Position numbers and translations under genes: made by a program. From the NCBI GenBank assembly GCA_030390025.1, contig CM059432.1:137270001-137334000 (forward strand): a stretch of DNA of 64,000 bases, given 5' to 3'. Of this stretch, positions 10,864-22,505 are shown piece by piece. The notes under the pieces are model-generated. The model was given only the letters and a program-made list of their open reading frames with translations. It ran no database searches and was not told the DNA's origin. The stretch is from Squalus acanthias (lineage: Eukaryota). Position 1 is the first letter of the stretch; every line of letters starts with the position of its first letter.

Positions 10864-11334
10864 ACCTCCTTACCTTTCCCTCCCATTCACCAACAGTCCT
10901 ACACTCCTTACCTTTCCTCTATCACTGACCATCACATTGTCCTCGTTCTGACAGCATGTAATAATTCCTTCCCCTGTTCATCGCAGGAATAAAAACTACC
11001 ACCAAATGCAAATTCAAATCCAAATTTATCAATTCACTCATTAAATAATGCATACAAAATGAAAATAATCACCCTTTGCATTCCCCTAGTGCCTGTCTTC
11101 CGTGTGCCTTTACCTTTCCTAGTGCTCCTACGAGGTGTTTTCCCAGTGGCTGCAGCATGGGAGGTGGAAGGCTGCTGACCTTCAATTGAGTAGACTGTAA
11201 GTGGTCTTGGAGGGCGACCTTGAGCAGCTCTGGGCCTAAAGGGGTCTGGTTGCAGACTGCACCATCGCTGGCTGGCTGACAGGTAATGGCAAGGACACAG
11301 GCGGAGTGGCTGTGGTGGGAGCACAAATACTGTC

Positions 11335-11780
11335 TTGCATTTCTATAGCGCCTTTTATGACCTCAGGATGTCCCAAGGCACTTTACAGCCAATGGAGTAC
11401 TTTTGAAGTGTAGTCACTGTTATAATATAGGAAACATGGCAGCCAATTTGCATACAGCAAGGTCCCACAAACAGCAATGTGATAATGACCAGATAATCTG
11501 TTTTATAGTGATGTTGGTTGAGGAATAAATATCGGCCAGGACACCAGGGAGAACTCCCCTGCTCTTCTTCTAAATAGTGCCATGGGACCTTATATGTCCA
11601 CCTGAGAGGGCAGATGGGGCCTTGGTTTAACATCTCATCCGAAAGACGGTACCTCCAACAGTGCAGCACTTCCTCAGTAATGGCACTGGGAGTCAGCCTG
11701 GATTATATGCTCGAGTCTCTGGAGTGGGACTTGAACTCATGATCTTCTGACTTAGTGGCGAGAGTGCGACTCACTGAGCC
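11335..11780 (-). mobile_element. DeuSINE (SacSINE1-like)
   Basis: Reverse complement of the 34477-34950 copy, including head, central domain and tail. Confidence 0.85.
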
Positions 11781-11884
11781 CTTACGAATCACAAAGGCAA
11801 CCCTTCGGGTGATTTTACAGGGCGCTGTTCCTCCAACCTGTTCCTTAGCAGGTCACTGTGTCATTAATCAAGGATGAGTGACAG

Positions 11885-11985
11885 CTCAGAAACGGGTCTC
11901 TACTTGAAACGTTAACGCTTCTGTTCTCTCCACAAATGCTGAATTACCTTGCTGAGTGTTTCCAGTATTTTTTAGTTTTCATTCA
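11885..11985 (+). mobile_element. Degenerate Penelope family-2 3' tail
   Basis: GAAACGTTAAC..CTCTCCAC..GCTGAGT..TTTCCAG, matching the reverse complement of 27290-27365. Confidence 0.55.
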
Positions 11986-12800
11986 AACTTTTCGAGGTTT
12001 TTGGTCTGGCTAAGTCTGAGGAATAATGAGGTGTCATGTCTTTAATTCTGACTGGAGAATCTGAACTCTGGGTTACTTCACACTGTGAATGTCTACTAAA
12101 GACTACTAATCAAAAATTCCAGCCAATTATAGAATTGTGTGAGGACTATGTTCTGGAAGGATATTTTAAGTTTTTGTGATTGATTCTATCTTTCTTTTTT
12201 TGTTAGTATTTTCATTGTTTTTGTGGAATGGGAAAATTAGCTCAATTTGTCGGCATGGAAAGTATTTCACAGTGTGGCTGCTTTTCCCAGCGGTCCTGTT
12301 TAATGTTGGAACATCCCAATTAAACTGGGACAGTTGACCGGTATGGGTGTGCTGCGAGGGCAGGAGAGGGGAAACTGGAGTCTGCGACAATCCCTAATGT
12401 TTGGAGATGTGCCAAACTATGTGACCCTCAGAGGTCACAATGCCCATGGAGTGACCCTAGTCTGACATGGGAGTCGATTTTGAAAAAAACTCTTTTTCGG
12501 CCTCTCCCTGCATTTTTGTGAGCTTTTCCCATTTCCCATGAAATACTAGTAACATTTTCGCCAAATGCTTTCTTTCATTAATGGGCTTTTTCGCACTTCC
12601 TCCAATATAGAATCATACAGCACAGAAGGAGGCCGTTTAGCCCATCTGTTTCAAATATTTATCCAATTCTCTTTTGAACGTTACTAATGAATCTGCTTCC
12701 ACCATCATTTCATGATGCGGAGATGCCAGTGTTGGACTGGGGTGGACAAAAATGAGAAGTCGCACAACACCAGGTTATAGTCCAACAGTTTTATTTGAAA

Positions 12801-12837
12801 TCACGAGCTTTCAGAGCGCTGCTCCTTCGTCGGGTGA
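12801..12837 (-). ncRNA. Minimal type I hammerhead ribozyme motif (copy 1)
   Basis: UCAC-CCGACGA-A-GGAGC agc GCUCU-GAA-AGCU-C-GUGA; helix II has a G.U pair in this copy. Confidence 0.65.
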
Positions 12838-13148
12838 AGTAGAGAGATACAGAATCGACAAAGCATATATAGATAGAGAACAATGCATGTGTACCTTACA
12901 ATGGTAGACGACTAAATTTAATCATCCTGACTGTTTATCTGCCGAGGTGTGACAAAAAGCAATCAGGTCAGCCAGGAAGGTATCACATCAAAGACATAGC
13001 AAGATACAACTGAGACAATGAGGTGGAGCCACAGGGGGTCTAACGTGTCAAAAGCTGCAGTCAGTATGTAAAACGATAAACTTTTAAATTTTTACTTTTT
13101 TACTGGGAATCACATCTGTGAACAAGCCAACGATGACTCGAGTCTGGA

Positions 13149-15893
13149 TCACGTTATGTATCGTGACATAAACCCAAGATCCCGGTTGAGACCGTCCTCA
13201 TGAGTGCGGAACTTGGCTATCAGTTTCTGCTCGATGATTTTGCGTTGTCGTGTGTTTCTAAGGCCGCCTTGGAGAACGCTTACCCGCAGATCCGAGGCTG
13301 AATGTCCTTGACTGCTGAAGTGTTCCCCGACTGGGAGGGAACACTCCTGCCTGGTGATTGTTGCGCGGTGTCCATTCATACGTTGTCTCAGTGTCTGCAT
13401 GGTCTCGCCGATGTACCATGCCGCGGTGCATTCTTTCCTGCAACGTATGAGGTAGACAACGTTGGCCGAGTCACATGAGTATGTACCATGTACCTGGTGG
13501 GTAGTGTCCTCACGTGTGATGATGGTATCTGTGTTGATGATCTGGCATGTCTTGCAGAGGTTGCCGTGGCAGGGTTGTGTGGTGTTGTGGTCGCTGTTAT
13601 CCTGAAAGCTGGGTAATTTGCTGCGAACGATGGTACTTCTGAGGTTAGGCGGCTGTTTGAAGGCAAGTAGTGGAGGCGTGGGGATGGCCTTAGCGAGGTG
13701 TTCGTCGTCATCGATGACATGTTGAAGGCTGCGAAGAACATGGCGTAGTTTCTCCGCTCCGGGGAAGTACTGGACGACGTAGGGTACCCTGTTGGTTGTG
13801 TCCCGTGTTTGCCTTCTGAGGAGGTCTATGCGATTTTTCGCTGTGGCCCGTCGGAACTGTCGATCGATGAGTCGAGCGTCATATCCCGTTCTTACGAGGG
13901 CGTTTTTCAGCGTCCGTAGGTGTCCATCGCGTTCCTCCTCGTCTGAGCAGATCCTGTGTATTCGCAGGGCTTGTCCATAGGGGATGGCTTCTTTAACGTG
14001 GTTAGGGTGGAAGCTGGAGAAGTGGAGCATCGTGAGGTTGTCCGTGGGCTTGCGGTAGAGTGAAGTGCTGAGGTGTCCGTCTTTGATGAGATTCGTGTGT
14101 CCAGGAATGAAACCGATTCTGAGGAGTAGTCCATGGTGAGTTTGATGGTGGGATGGAACTTGTTTATGTTATCGTGTAGTCTTTTCAGTGATCCTTCGCC
14201 ATGGGTCCAAAGGAAGAAAATGTCGTCGATGTATCTGGTGTACAGCGTTGGTTGGAGGTCCTGTGCAGCGACGAAGTCTTGCTCGAACTTGTGCATGAAG
14301 ATGTTGGCGTATTGGGGTGCGAATTTGGTCCCCATGGCTGTTCCGTGTGTTTGGGTAAAAAAATGGTTGTCGAAGGTGAAGACATTGTGGTCAAGGATGA
14401 AGCGGATGAGTTGTAGGATGGCGTCTGGAGATTGGCTGTTGTTGGTGTTGAGTACTGAGGCTGTCGCAGCGATGCCGTCATCGTGGGGGATACTGGTGTA
14501 GAGTGCCGATACGTCCATCGTGGCGAGGAGTGTTCTTGGTTCAACTGGTCCGTGGGTGCTGAGTTTCTGTAAGAAGTCTGTAGTGTCGCGACAGAAGCTG
14601 GGGGTTCCCTGTACGATGGGTTTCAGAATGCCCTCGACGTATCCAGAGAGGTTCTCACATAGGGTTCCGTTGCCTGATACGATAGGACGTCCGGGTGTGT
14701 TGGCTTTGTGTATCTTTGGGAGGCAGTAGAAGTCTCCCACGCGGGGAGTACGTGGGATGAGAGCGCGTAGGATGTTTTGAAGGTCTGGATCGAAGGTCTT
14801 GATCAGTCTATTGAGTTGGCGGGTGTGTTCTTTGGTCGGATCTGCGGGTAGCTGTCTGTAGTGTTCCTGGTTGTCCAGTTGTCGGTATGCTTCTTTGCAT
14901 TCTGTTCTGTATGACGATGGCTCCTCCTTTGTCCGCTGGTTTGATGACGATGTTGCGGTTGGTCTTGAGAGCGTGGATGGCGTTGCGTTGTGCTCGGGTG
15001 ACATTCTGGACTGTCTTGTGAGTGCGGCTGATGAATCTGGCGTTGATGCATCTCCTGACAGCTTGAGCATACATGTCAAGCTTGGGGCAGCGACCCTCCG
15101 GAGGGGTCCAGTTTGACTCTTTTTTCTTCGGTTGCTGCACTGCAAGTCCCTCTGTCTGCTGTTCTGGATCATTGATTGTCTCATTGGGTTTGTTGCTGAC
15201 ATCTTGGGATTTGTGGAAGTATTCCCGGAGCCTCATTCTCCTGATGAATTCCTCCGTGTCTGCCGCGAGACCGATGGGGTCCATTTTGGTGGTGGGGCAG
15301 AACTTGAGCCCTAGGGCGAGAACTTCGATTTCGTCTGGTTGAAGGGCATGGTCGGACAAGTTGACGATGGACTTCCCTGTGGTTGCAACCATGGTACCGG
15401 GGGAGGCTTGGTTGCTGCTGGTGGTGATGCCGAGTTTCTCAAGCTTCCTGTTCTTGATGCGCATGTAGGCAGCGTAGTTCCGTTGCCTCGTCTGTTTGGC
15501 GGTGTCTCGTAACTGGTCTGCTGTGTCCTGAGCATAGGCTGAGAGCATGGACTCTATCTTGGTTTCGAGGTTGTGGCGTTTGCTGTAGAGCTGGTGTACG
15601 AGATGGTTGAGGAGTGTGCGAGAGGTACGATGGCAGAGTCTCTCAGCGTAGTCTGTGTTGTATGTCAACTTGAGTGGGTTCGTGATCTGTAGTCCTTTCG
15701 GGATCTTGTCTGCTTTCTTGCATCTCTGTAGATACTTGATGTCGGTGTCGATATGCGCGATCTTCTTGGCGATTCTCTCCACTTTGAGCCGGCAGTTTGT
15801 GGTGTCGATAGTGGTCATGATGCGGAGATGCCGGTGTTGGACTGGGGTGGTGGACAAAAATGAGAAGTCGCACAACACCAGGTTATAGTCCAA
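13149..15893 (-). pseudogene. Penelope RT/GIY-YIG ORF, copy A (two frameshifts)
   Basis: MDVSALYTSI, GTAMG, YTRYIDD, NVVYLIRC..WYIGET; 8-bp deletion at ~14899 and 1-bp deletion at ~14089 relative to copy B. Confidence 0.92.
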
Positions 15894-15908
15894 CAGTTTT
15901 ATTTGAAA

Positions 15909-15945
15909 TCACGAGCTTTCGGAGCGCTGCTCCTTCGTCGGGTGA
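15909..15945 (-). ncRNA. Minimal type I hammerhead ribozyme motif (copy 2)
   Basis: Reverse complement identical to 16984-17020. Confidence 0.7.
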
Positions 15946-16177
15946 AGTAGAGAGATACTGAATCGACAAAGTATATATAGATAGAGAACAATGCATGTGT
16001 ACCTTACAATGATAGATGACTAAATTTAATCATCCTGACTGTTTATCTGCCGAGGTGTGACAAAAGGCAATCAGGTCAGCCAGGAAGGTATCACATCAAA
16101 GACATAGCAAGATACAACTGAGACAATGAGGTGGAGCCACAGGGGGTCTAACGTGTCAAAAGCTGCAGTCAGTATGT

Positions 16178-16673
16178 CCTCAGAAGTACCATCGTTCGCA
16201 GCAAATTACTCAGCTTTCAGGATAACAGCGACCACGACACCACACAACCCTGCCACGGCAACCTCTGCAAGACATGCCAGATCATCAACACAGATACCAT
16301 CATCACACGTGAGGACACTACCCACCAGGTACATGGTACATACTCATGTGACTCGGCCAACGTTGTCTACCTCATACGTTGCAGGAAAGAATGCACCGCG
16401 GCATGGTACATCGGCGAGACCATGCAGACACTGAGACAACGTATGAACGGACACCGCGCAACAATCACCAGGCAGGAGTGTTCCCTCCCAGTCGGGGAAC
16501 ACTTCAGCAGTCAAGGACATTCAGCCTCGGATCTGCGGGTAAGCGTTCTCCAAGGCGGCCTTAGAAACACACGACAACGCAAAATCATCGAGCAGAAACT
16601 GATAGCCAAGTTCTGCACTCATGAGGACGGTCTCAACCGGGATCTTGGGTTTATGTCACGATACATGACGTGA
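16178..16673 (+). pseudogene. Duplicated 3' ORF segment (GIY-YIG region) forming the upstream pseudo-LTR of copy B
   Basis: Near-identical to 19281-19776. Confidence 0.9.
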
Positions 16674-16983
16674 TCCAGACTCGAGTCGTCGTTGGCTTGT
16701 TCACAGATGTGATTCCCAGTAAAAAAGTAAAATTTAAAAGTTTATCGTTTTACATACTGACTGCAGCTTTTGACACGTTAGACCCCCTGTGGCTCCACCT
16801 CATTGTCTCAGTTGTATCTTGCTATGTCTTTGATGTGATACCTTCCTGGCTGACCTGATTGCCTTTTGTCACACCTCGGCAGATAAACAGTCAGGATGAT
16901 TAAATTTAGTCGTCTACCATTGTAAGGTACACATGCATTGTTCTCTATCTATATATGCTTTGTCGATTCTGTATCTCTCTACT

Positions 16984-17020
16984 TCACCCGACGAAGGAGC
17001 AGCGCTCCGAAAGCTCGTGA
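16984..17020 (+). ncRNA. Minimal type I hammerhead ribozyme motif (copy 3)
   Basis: Helix I UCAC/GUGA, core CCGACGA(A), helix II GGAGC/GCUCC, GAAA, palindromic AGCU, CUC triplet. Confidence 0.7.
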
Positions 17021-17035
17021 TTTCAAATAAAACTG

Positions 17036-19776
17036 TTGGACTATAACCTGGTGTTGTGCGACTTCTCATTTTTGTCCACCCAAGTCCAACACCGGCATCT
17101 CCGCATCATGACCACTATCGACACCACAAACTGCCGGCTCAAAGTGGAGAGAATCGCCAAGAAGATCGCGCATATCGACACCGACATCAAGTATCTACAG
17201 AGATGCAAGAAAGCAGACAAGATCCCGAAAGGACTACAGATCACGAACCCACTCAAGTTGACATACAACACAGACTACGCTGAGAGACTCTGCCATCGTA
17301 CCTCTCGCACACTCCTCAACCATCTCGTACACCAGCTCTACAGCAAACGCCACAACCTCGAAACCAAGATAGAGTCCATGCTCTCAGCCTATGCTCAGGA
17401 CACAGCAGACCAGTTACGAGACACCGCCAAACAGACGAGGCAACGGAACTACTCTGCCTACATGCGCATCAAGAACAGGAAGCTTGAGAAACTCGGCATC
17501 ACCACCAGCAGCAACCAAGCCTCCCCCGGTACCACGGTTGCAACCACAGGGAAGTCCATCGTCAACTTGTCCGACCATACCCTTCAACCAGACGAAATCG
17601 AAGTTCTCGCCCTAGGGCTCAAGTTCTGCCCCACCACCAAAATGGACCCCATCGGTCTCGCGGCAGACACGGAGGAATTCATCAGGAGAATGAGGCTCCG
17701 GGAATACTTCCACAAATCCCAAGATGTCAGCAACAAACCCAATGAGACAATCAATGATCCAGAACAGCAGACAGAGGGACTCGCAGTGCAGCAACCGAAG
17801 AAAAAAGAGTCAAACTGGACCCCTCCGGAGGGTCGCTGCCCCAAGCTTGACATGTATGCTCAAGCTGTCAGGAGATGCATCAACGCCAGATTCATCAGCC
17901 GCACTCACAAGACAGTCCAGAATGTCACCCGAGCACAACGCAACGCCATCCACGCTCTCAAGACCAACCGCAACATCGTCATCAAACCAGCGGACAAAGG
18001 AGGAGCCATCGTCATACAGAACAGAATGGACTATTGCAAAGAAGCATACCGACAACTGGACAACCAGGAACACTACAGACAGCTACCCGCAGATCCGACC
18101 AAAGAACACACCCGCCAACTCAATAGACTGATCAAGACCTTCGATCCAGACCTTCAAAACATCCTACGCGCTCTCATCCCACGTACTCCCCGCGTGGGAG
18201 ACTTCTACTGCCTCCCAAAGATACACAAAGCCAACACACCCGGACGTCCTATCGTATCAGGCAACGGAACCCTGTGTGAGAACCTCTCTGGATACGTCGA
18301 GGGCATTCTGAAACCCATCGTACAGGGAACCCCCAGCTTCTGTCGCGACACTACAGACTTCTTACAGAAACTCAGCACCCACGGACCAGTTGAACCAGGA
18401 ACACTCCTCGCCACGATGGACGTATCGGCACTCTACACCAGTATCCCCCACGGTGACGGCATCGCTGCGACAGCCTCACCAACAACAGCCAATCTCCAGA
18501 CGCCATCCTACAACTCATCCGCTTCATCCTTGACCACAATGTCTTCACCTTCGACAACCATTTTTTTACCCAAACACACGGAACAGCCATGGGGACCAAA
18601 TTCGCACCCCAATACGCCAACATCTTCATGCACAAGTTCGAGCAAGACTTCTTCGCTGCACAGGACCTCCAACCAACGCTGTACACCAGATACATCGACG
18701 ACATTTTCTTCCTTTGGACCCATGGCGAAGGATCACTGAAAAGACTACACGATAACATAAACAAGTTCCATCCCACCATCAAACTCACTATGGACTACTC
18801 CTCAGAATCGGTTTCATTCCTGGACACACGAATCTCCATCAAAGACGGACACCTCAGCACTTCACTCTACCGCAAGCCCACGGACAACCTCACGATGCTC
18901 CACTTCTCCAGCTTCCACCCTAACCAGGTTAAAGAAGCCATCCCCTATGGACAAGCCCTGCGAATACACAGGATCTGCTCAGACGAGGAGGAACGCGATG
19001 GACACCTACGGACGCTGAAAAACGCCCTCGTAAGAACGGGATATGACGCTCGACTCCTCGATCGACAATTCCGACGGGCCACAGCGAAAAATCGCATAGA
19101 CCTCCTCAGAAGGCAAACACGGGACACAACCAACAGGGTACCCTACGTCGTCCAGTACTTCCCCGGAGCGGAGAAACTACGCCATGTTCTTCGCAGCCTT
19201 CAACATGTCATCGATGACGATGAACACCTCGCTAAGGCCATCCCCACGCCTCCACTACTTGCCTTCAAACAGCCGCCTAACCTCAGAAGTACCATCGTTC
19301 GCAGCAAATTACCCAGCTTTCAGGATAACAGCGACCACAACACCACACAACCCTGCCACGGCAACCTCTGCAAGACATGCCAGATCATCAACACAGATAC
19401 CATCATCACACGTGAGGACACTACCCACCAGGTACATGGTACATACTCATGTGACTCGGCCAACGTTGTCTACCTCATACGTTGCAGGAAAGAATGCACC
19501 GCGGCATGGTACATCGGCGAGACCATGCAGACACTGAGACAACGTATGAACGGACACCGCGCAACAATCACCAGGCAGGAGTGTTCCCTCCCAGTCGGGG
19601 AACACTTCAGCAGTCAAGGACATTCAGCCTCGGATCTGCGGGTAAGCGTTCTCCAAGGCGGCCTTAGAAACACACGACAACGCAAAATCATCGAGCAGAA
19701 ACTGATAGCCAAGTTCCGCACTCATGAGGACGGTCTCAACCGGGATCTTGGGTTTATGTCACGATACATGACGTGA
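17036..19776 (+). pseudogene. Penelope RT/GIY-YIG ORF, copy B (one frameshift); Neptune-like CxxxxCxxC linker
   Basis: Same motifs as copy A; PCHGNLCKTC between RT and EN; 10-bp deletion at ~18478; first ATG at 17108. Confidence 0.92.
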
Positions 19777-20087
19777 TCCAGACTCGAGTCGTCGTTGGCT
19801 TGTTCACAGATGTGATTCCCAGTAAAAAAGTAAAAATTTAAAAGTTTATCGTTTCACATACTGACTGCAGCTTTTGACACGTTAGACCCCCTGTGGCTCC
19901 ACCTCATTGTCTCAGTTGTATCTTGCTATGTCTTTGATGTGATACCTTCCTGGCTGACCTGATTGCCTTTTGTCACACCTCGGCAGATAAACAGTCAGGA
20001 TGATTAAATTTAGTCGTCTACCATTGTAAGGTACACATGCATTGTTCTCTATCTATATATGCTTTGTCGATTCTGTATCTCTCTACT

Positions 20088-20124
20088 TCACCCGACGAAG
20101 GAGCAGCGCTCCGAAAGCTCGTGA
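20088..20124 (+). ncRNA. Minimal type I hammerhead ribozyme motif (copy 4)
   Basis: Identical to 16984-17020. Confidence 0.7.
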
Positions 20125-20650
20125 TTTCAAATAAAACTGTTGGACTATAACCTGGTGTTGTGCGACTTCTCATTTTTGACCATCATTTCAGGCATTGCAT
20201 TCCAGATCATAACAACTCGCCATGTAAAAATAAATTCTCCTCATCTCGCCTCTAGTTCTTTTGCCAATTACCTTAAATCTGTGTGCTCTGGTTACTGGTG
20301 AAAGTCATCTGTTTGTTGTCATTGTCCAAATTGGGTAGGGTCTGACAGCAGGGTTAGGTTGCGTCTGACTGCAGAGGTCAGCTCAGGTATGCCAGTGGCA
20401 ATCAAATTGGCAAAGGGTTTCATGTCAGGTCTCATCTCCCCTCAGCTTCATTTGCCAATTACTTTACATCTGTGTCTTTTGGTTACCGACCCTCCTGCCA
20501 GTGGAAGCATTATTTACTGTATCAAAACCCTTCATAATTTTGGACACCTCTATTAAATTGCCCTTTAACCTTCTCTGGTCTAAGGAGAACAACCCCAGCT
20601 TCTATAGTCTCTTCACGTAACTGAAGTCCCGCATCCCTGGTATAATTATA

Positions 20651-21318
20651 GTAAATTCAGTAGCCGGTTAGCGGCGGCGGTAACCATTAGCGCCCCGCAG
20701 CGCTGCACCGCCAGCAATGACATCATCGCCGTGTGCAACGCCCCGCTCGCGCCCCGGCCGCGATCTTCGGTAGCGCCCCCTGACTTACTGCTGGACACTA
20801 TGTCCGACGGGGTAAGGGGGCCCTACCTGCGGCCAGGGTGGTGCTATTTAAAGGCGAGGTGCTGGGTGGCCATTTTTGTTGCTGGCCGCCTGCCAGCACC
20901 TGCCTCCGCTGCCGTCCCCAGCCTCCTGTCCCGCCCCCCCCACAGGGTGCCGTCTGCGCTCCATGAGCCCGGCACTTCTCTTGACTGCCGGGCTTTTTTG
21001 CCGGCACTCCCGATCCCCGGTGGCCCAGCTGGGCCCCGGGTCACACTGCGCAAGGCCACTCCCCTTTAAGAAGGGGAGGAAGGCCTGCAATACCGCGGCG
21101 TGACGTGCCGCAGTGCGTGGCGCAGCGGTACATAGCGCCGCGATATTCCCTCGCAGCGCCCCAAGAGGGAGGCGGGGCGCTTCCAGCAGTGCCCTGCTTC
21201 CCTCTTGGGGCGCTACCACTCAATTTCGGCCACAGGGGCGCTAATTTTTCCGGGGTGCTAAAAGTAGCGCCCCAGCGAAGTTAGCGCCCCAAAGGGCGCG
21301 CGGCTCAAATTTTCCCCC
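20651..21318. mobile_element. GC-rich Harbinger-type MITE (left end clipped)
   Basis: Right terminus AAATTTTCCCCC; clustered TAGCGCC/GGCGCTA motifs; GTGCTATTTAAAGG at 20841. Confidence 0.7.
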
Positions 21319-21374
21319 AATGTATCTTCTTCTTATTAATGTCACATTCTTTGAATGTTGCATATCTACAGAAT

Positions 21375-21480
21375 ATCTCCTTATGTGGTCTGGTGTCAAA
21401 TTATGTTTGATAACGCTCCTGTGAAGCGCCTTGGGAAGTTTTGCTATGTTAAAGGTGCTATATAAATGCCAGTTGTTTTT
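21375..21480 (+). mobile_element. L2 LINE 3' tail
   Basis: Matches 26060-26170. Confidence 0.7.
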
Positions 21481-21756
21481 GTTTAGTACATCCCACTTAA
21501 CAAGGCCCAGAGAACATAAGCACAAATTGCCAGATCAAAGGCTTAGCAATCCCCAACTATGCGAAAAAGCTACTGCAAGGAATTTAACTGGCCAAAACTG
21601 TGCCGATCACCAGCACCAATCACTGGTGACTTCCTGTGGCTTGACCAGCTAGACTCACTCTATTTTTAGGATACTTGCTTGCTGGGTTCTCTGGAGCTGA
21701 GCAGGAAGAATTATGAAGATACAAAAATGACGGACTGGAAAAGACCAGCTGAGTAT

Positions 21757-22160
21757 TCAACCTTGCATTTATATAGCGCCTTTCACGATCTCAGGCCGTG
21801 CCAAAGCACTTTATAGCAAATGAAGCACGTTTTTTGAAGTGTGGCCATTGTTGTAATGTAGGAAATGCGGCAGCCAATTTGCGCACAGCAAGCTCCCACA
21901 AACAGCAATGAGATAGATAATCTGTTTTAGTGATGTTGATTGAGGGATAAATATTTGCCAGGACTCCCCTGCTCTTCTTTTACATCCATCAGAGAGGACA
22001 TTTCATCTGAAAGACGGCACCTCTGACAATGCAGCACTCTCTAAGTACTGCAACTGGGAGTGTCAGCCTAGATTTTGTGCCCAAGTTTCTGGAGGAGGAC
22101 TGGAACCCACAACCTTCTGACTCAGAGCTGAGTGTGCTACCCACTGAGCCACGGCTGACG
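21757..22160 (-). mobile_element. DeuSINE (internally deleted)
   Basis: Homology to 34477-34950. Confidence 0.85.
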
Positions 22161-22466
22161 AGTAAGTCATGCTGTGCCTCAGCATCATGAGCCGCAATGC
22201 TTCCCACCCACCAGCGACCACGTGATGTCCAGGGAGAGGCAAAAAAGCACCAGATTTAAACTAAACATTAGGCAGAGGATTTTTTGTGAGGGGGTTAAAT
22301 TTAGAACCGCGTAAGGACTCCTCATCAAGATATTGCAAATCTTCCTGGGAGTACACACGTCTGATTTTGCTCTCATGGATTGCCCATGTTCAATAACCAT
22401 ACAATTTTATCAGGGCTTCTGGAAGTCCTATGTGCTGTTTTTATGAACCTGCTTGTGTTTCCACAG

Positions 22467-22505
22467 AAGAAAGGGAAAAATATCGATGCGGCACTGAAAC
22501 AGTAA
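22467..22505 (+). CDS. Candidate terminal coding exon of an unidentified host gene (KKGKNIDAALKQ*)
   Basis: Acceptor GCTTGTGTTTCCACAG, tandem stops TAA TAG, then ~2 kb TE-poor U-rich sequence; phase 0 assumed. Confidence 0.35.
   Translation, partial: KKGKNIDAALKQ

Larger units (their letters stand above)
4492..11330. mobile_element. Harbinger element 1 (decayed, carrying nested insertions)
   Basis: Left terminus GGGGGTTAAATT; + strand transposase pseudogene; convergent partner-gene C-terminus at 11060-11330 (PSTSHAAATGKTPRRSTRKG, cf. 37034..37351); right end not found. Confidence 0.65.
12713..20178. mobile_element. Penelope-like element compound insertion: inverted dimer with partial-tandem pseudo-LTRs
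   Basis: Minus unit 12713-16177, plus unit 16178-20178; perfect 12-bp TSD ACCATCATTTCA at 12701-12712 and 20179-20190; ~0.9-kb direct repeat 16178-17074 vs 19281-20178. Confidence 0.95.
12605..20650 (-). mobile_element. CR1 3' fragment(s) split by the Penelope insertion (12605-12712 and 20179-20650)
   Basis: GAATCTGCTTCCACC | ..TTTCAGGCATTGCATTCCAGATCATAACAACTCGC is contiguous in the related copy at ~51427-51480. Confidence 0.8.

Noticed and set aside
12713..20178. Inverted duplication as a pure assembly artefact
   Set aside because: The arms carry independent indels and substitutions, the whole is bounded by a perfect TSD, and an independent mini-insertion shows the same geometry. Long reads would still be decisive.
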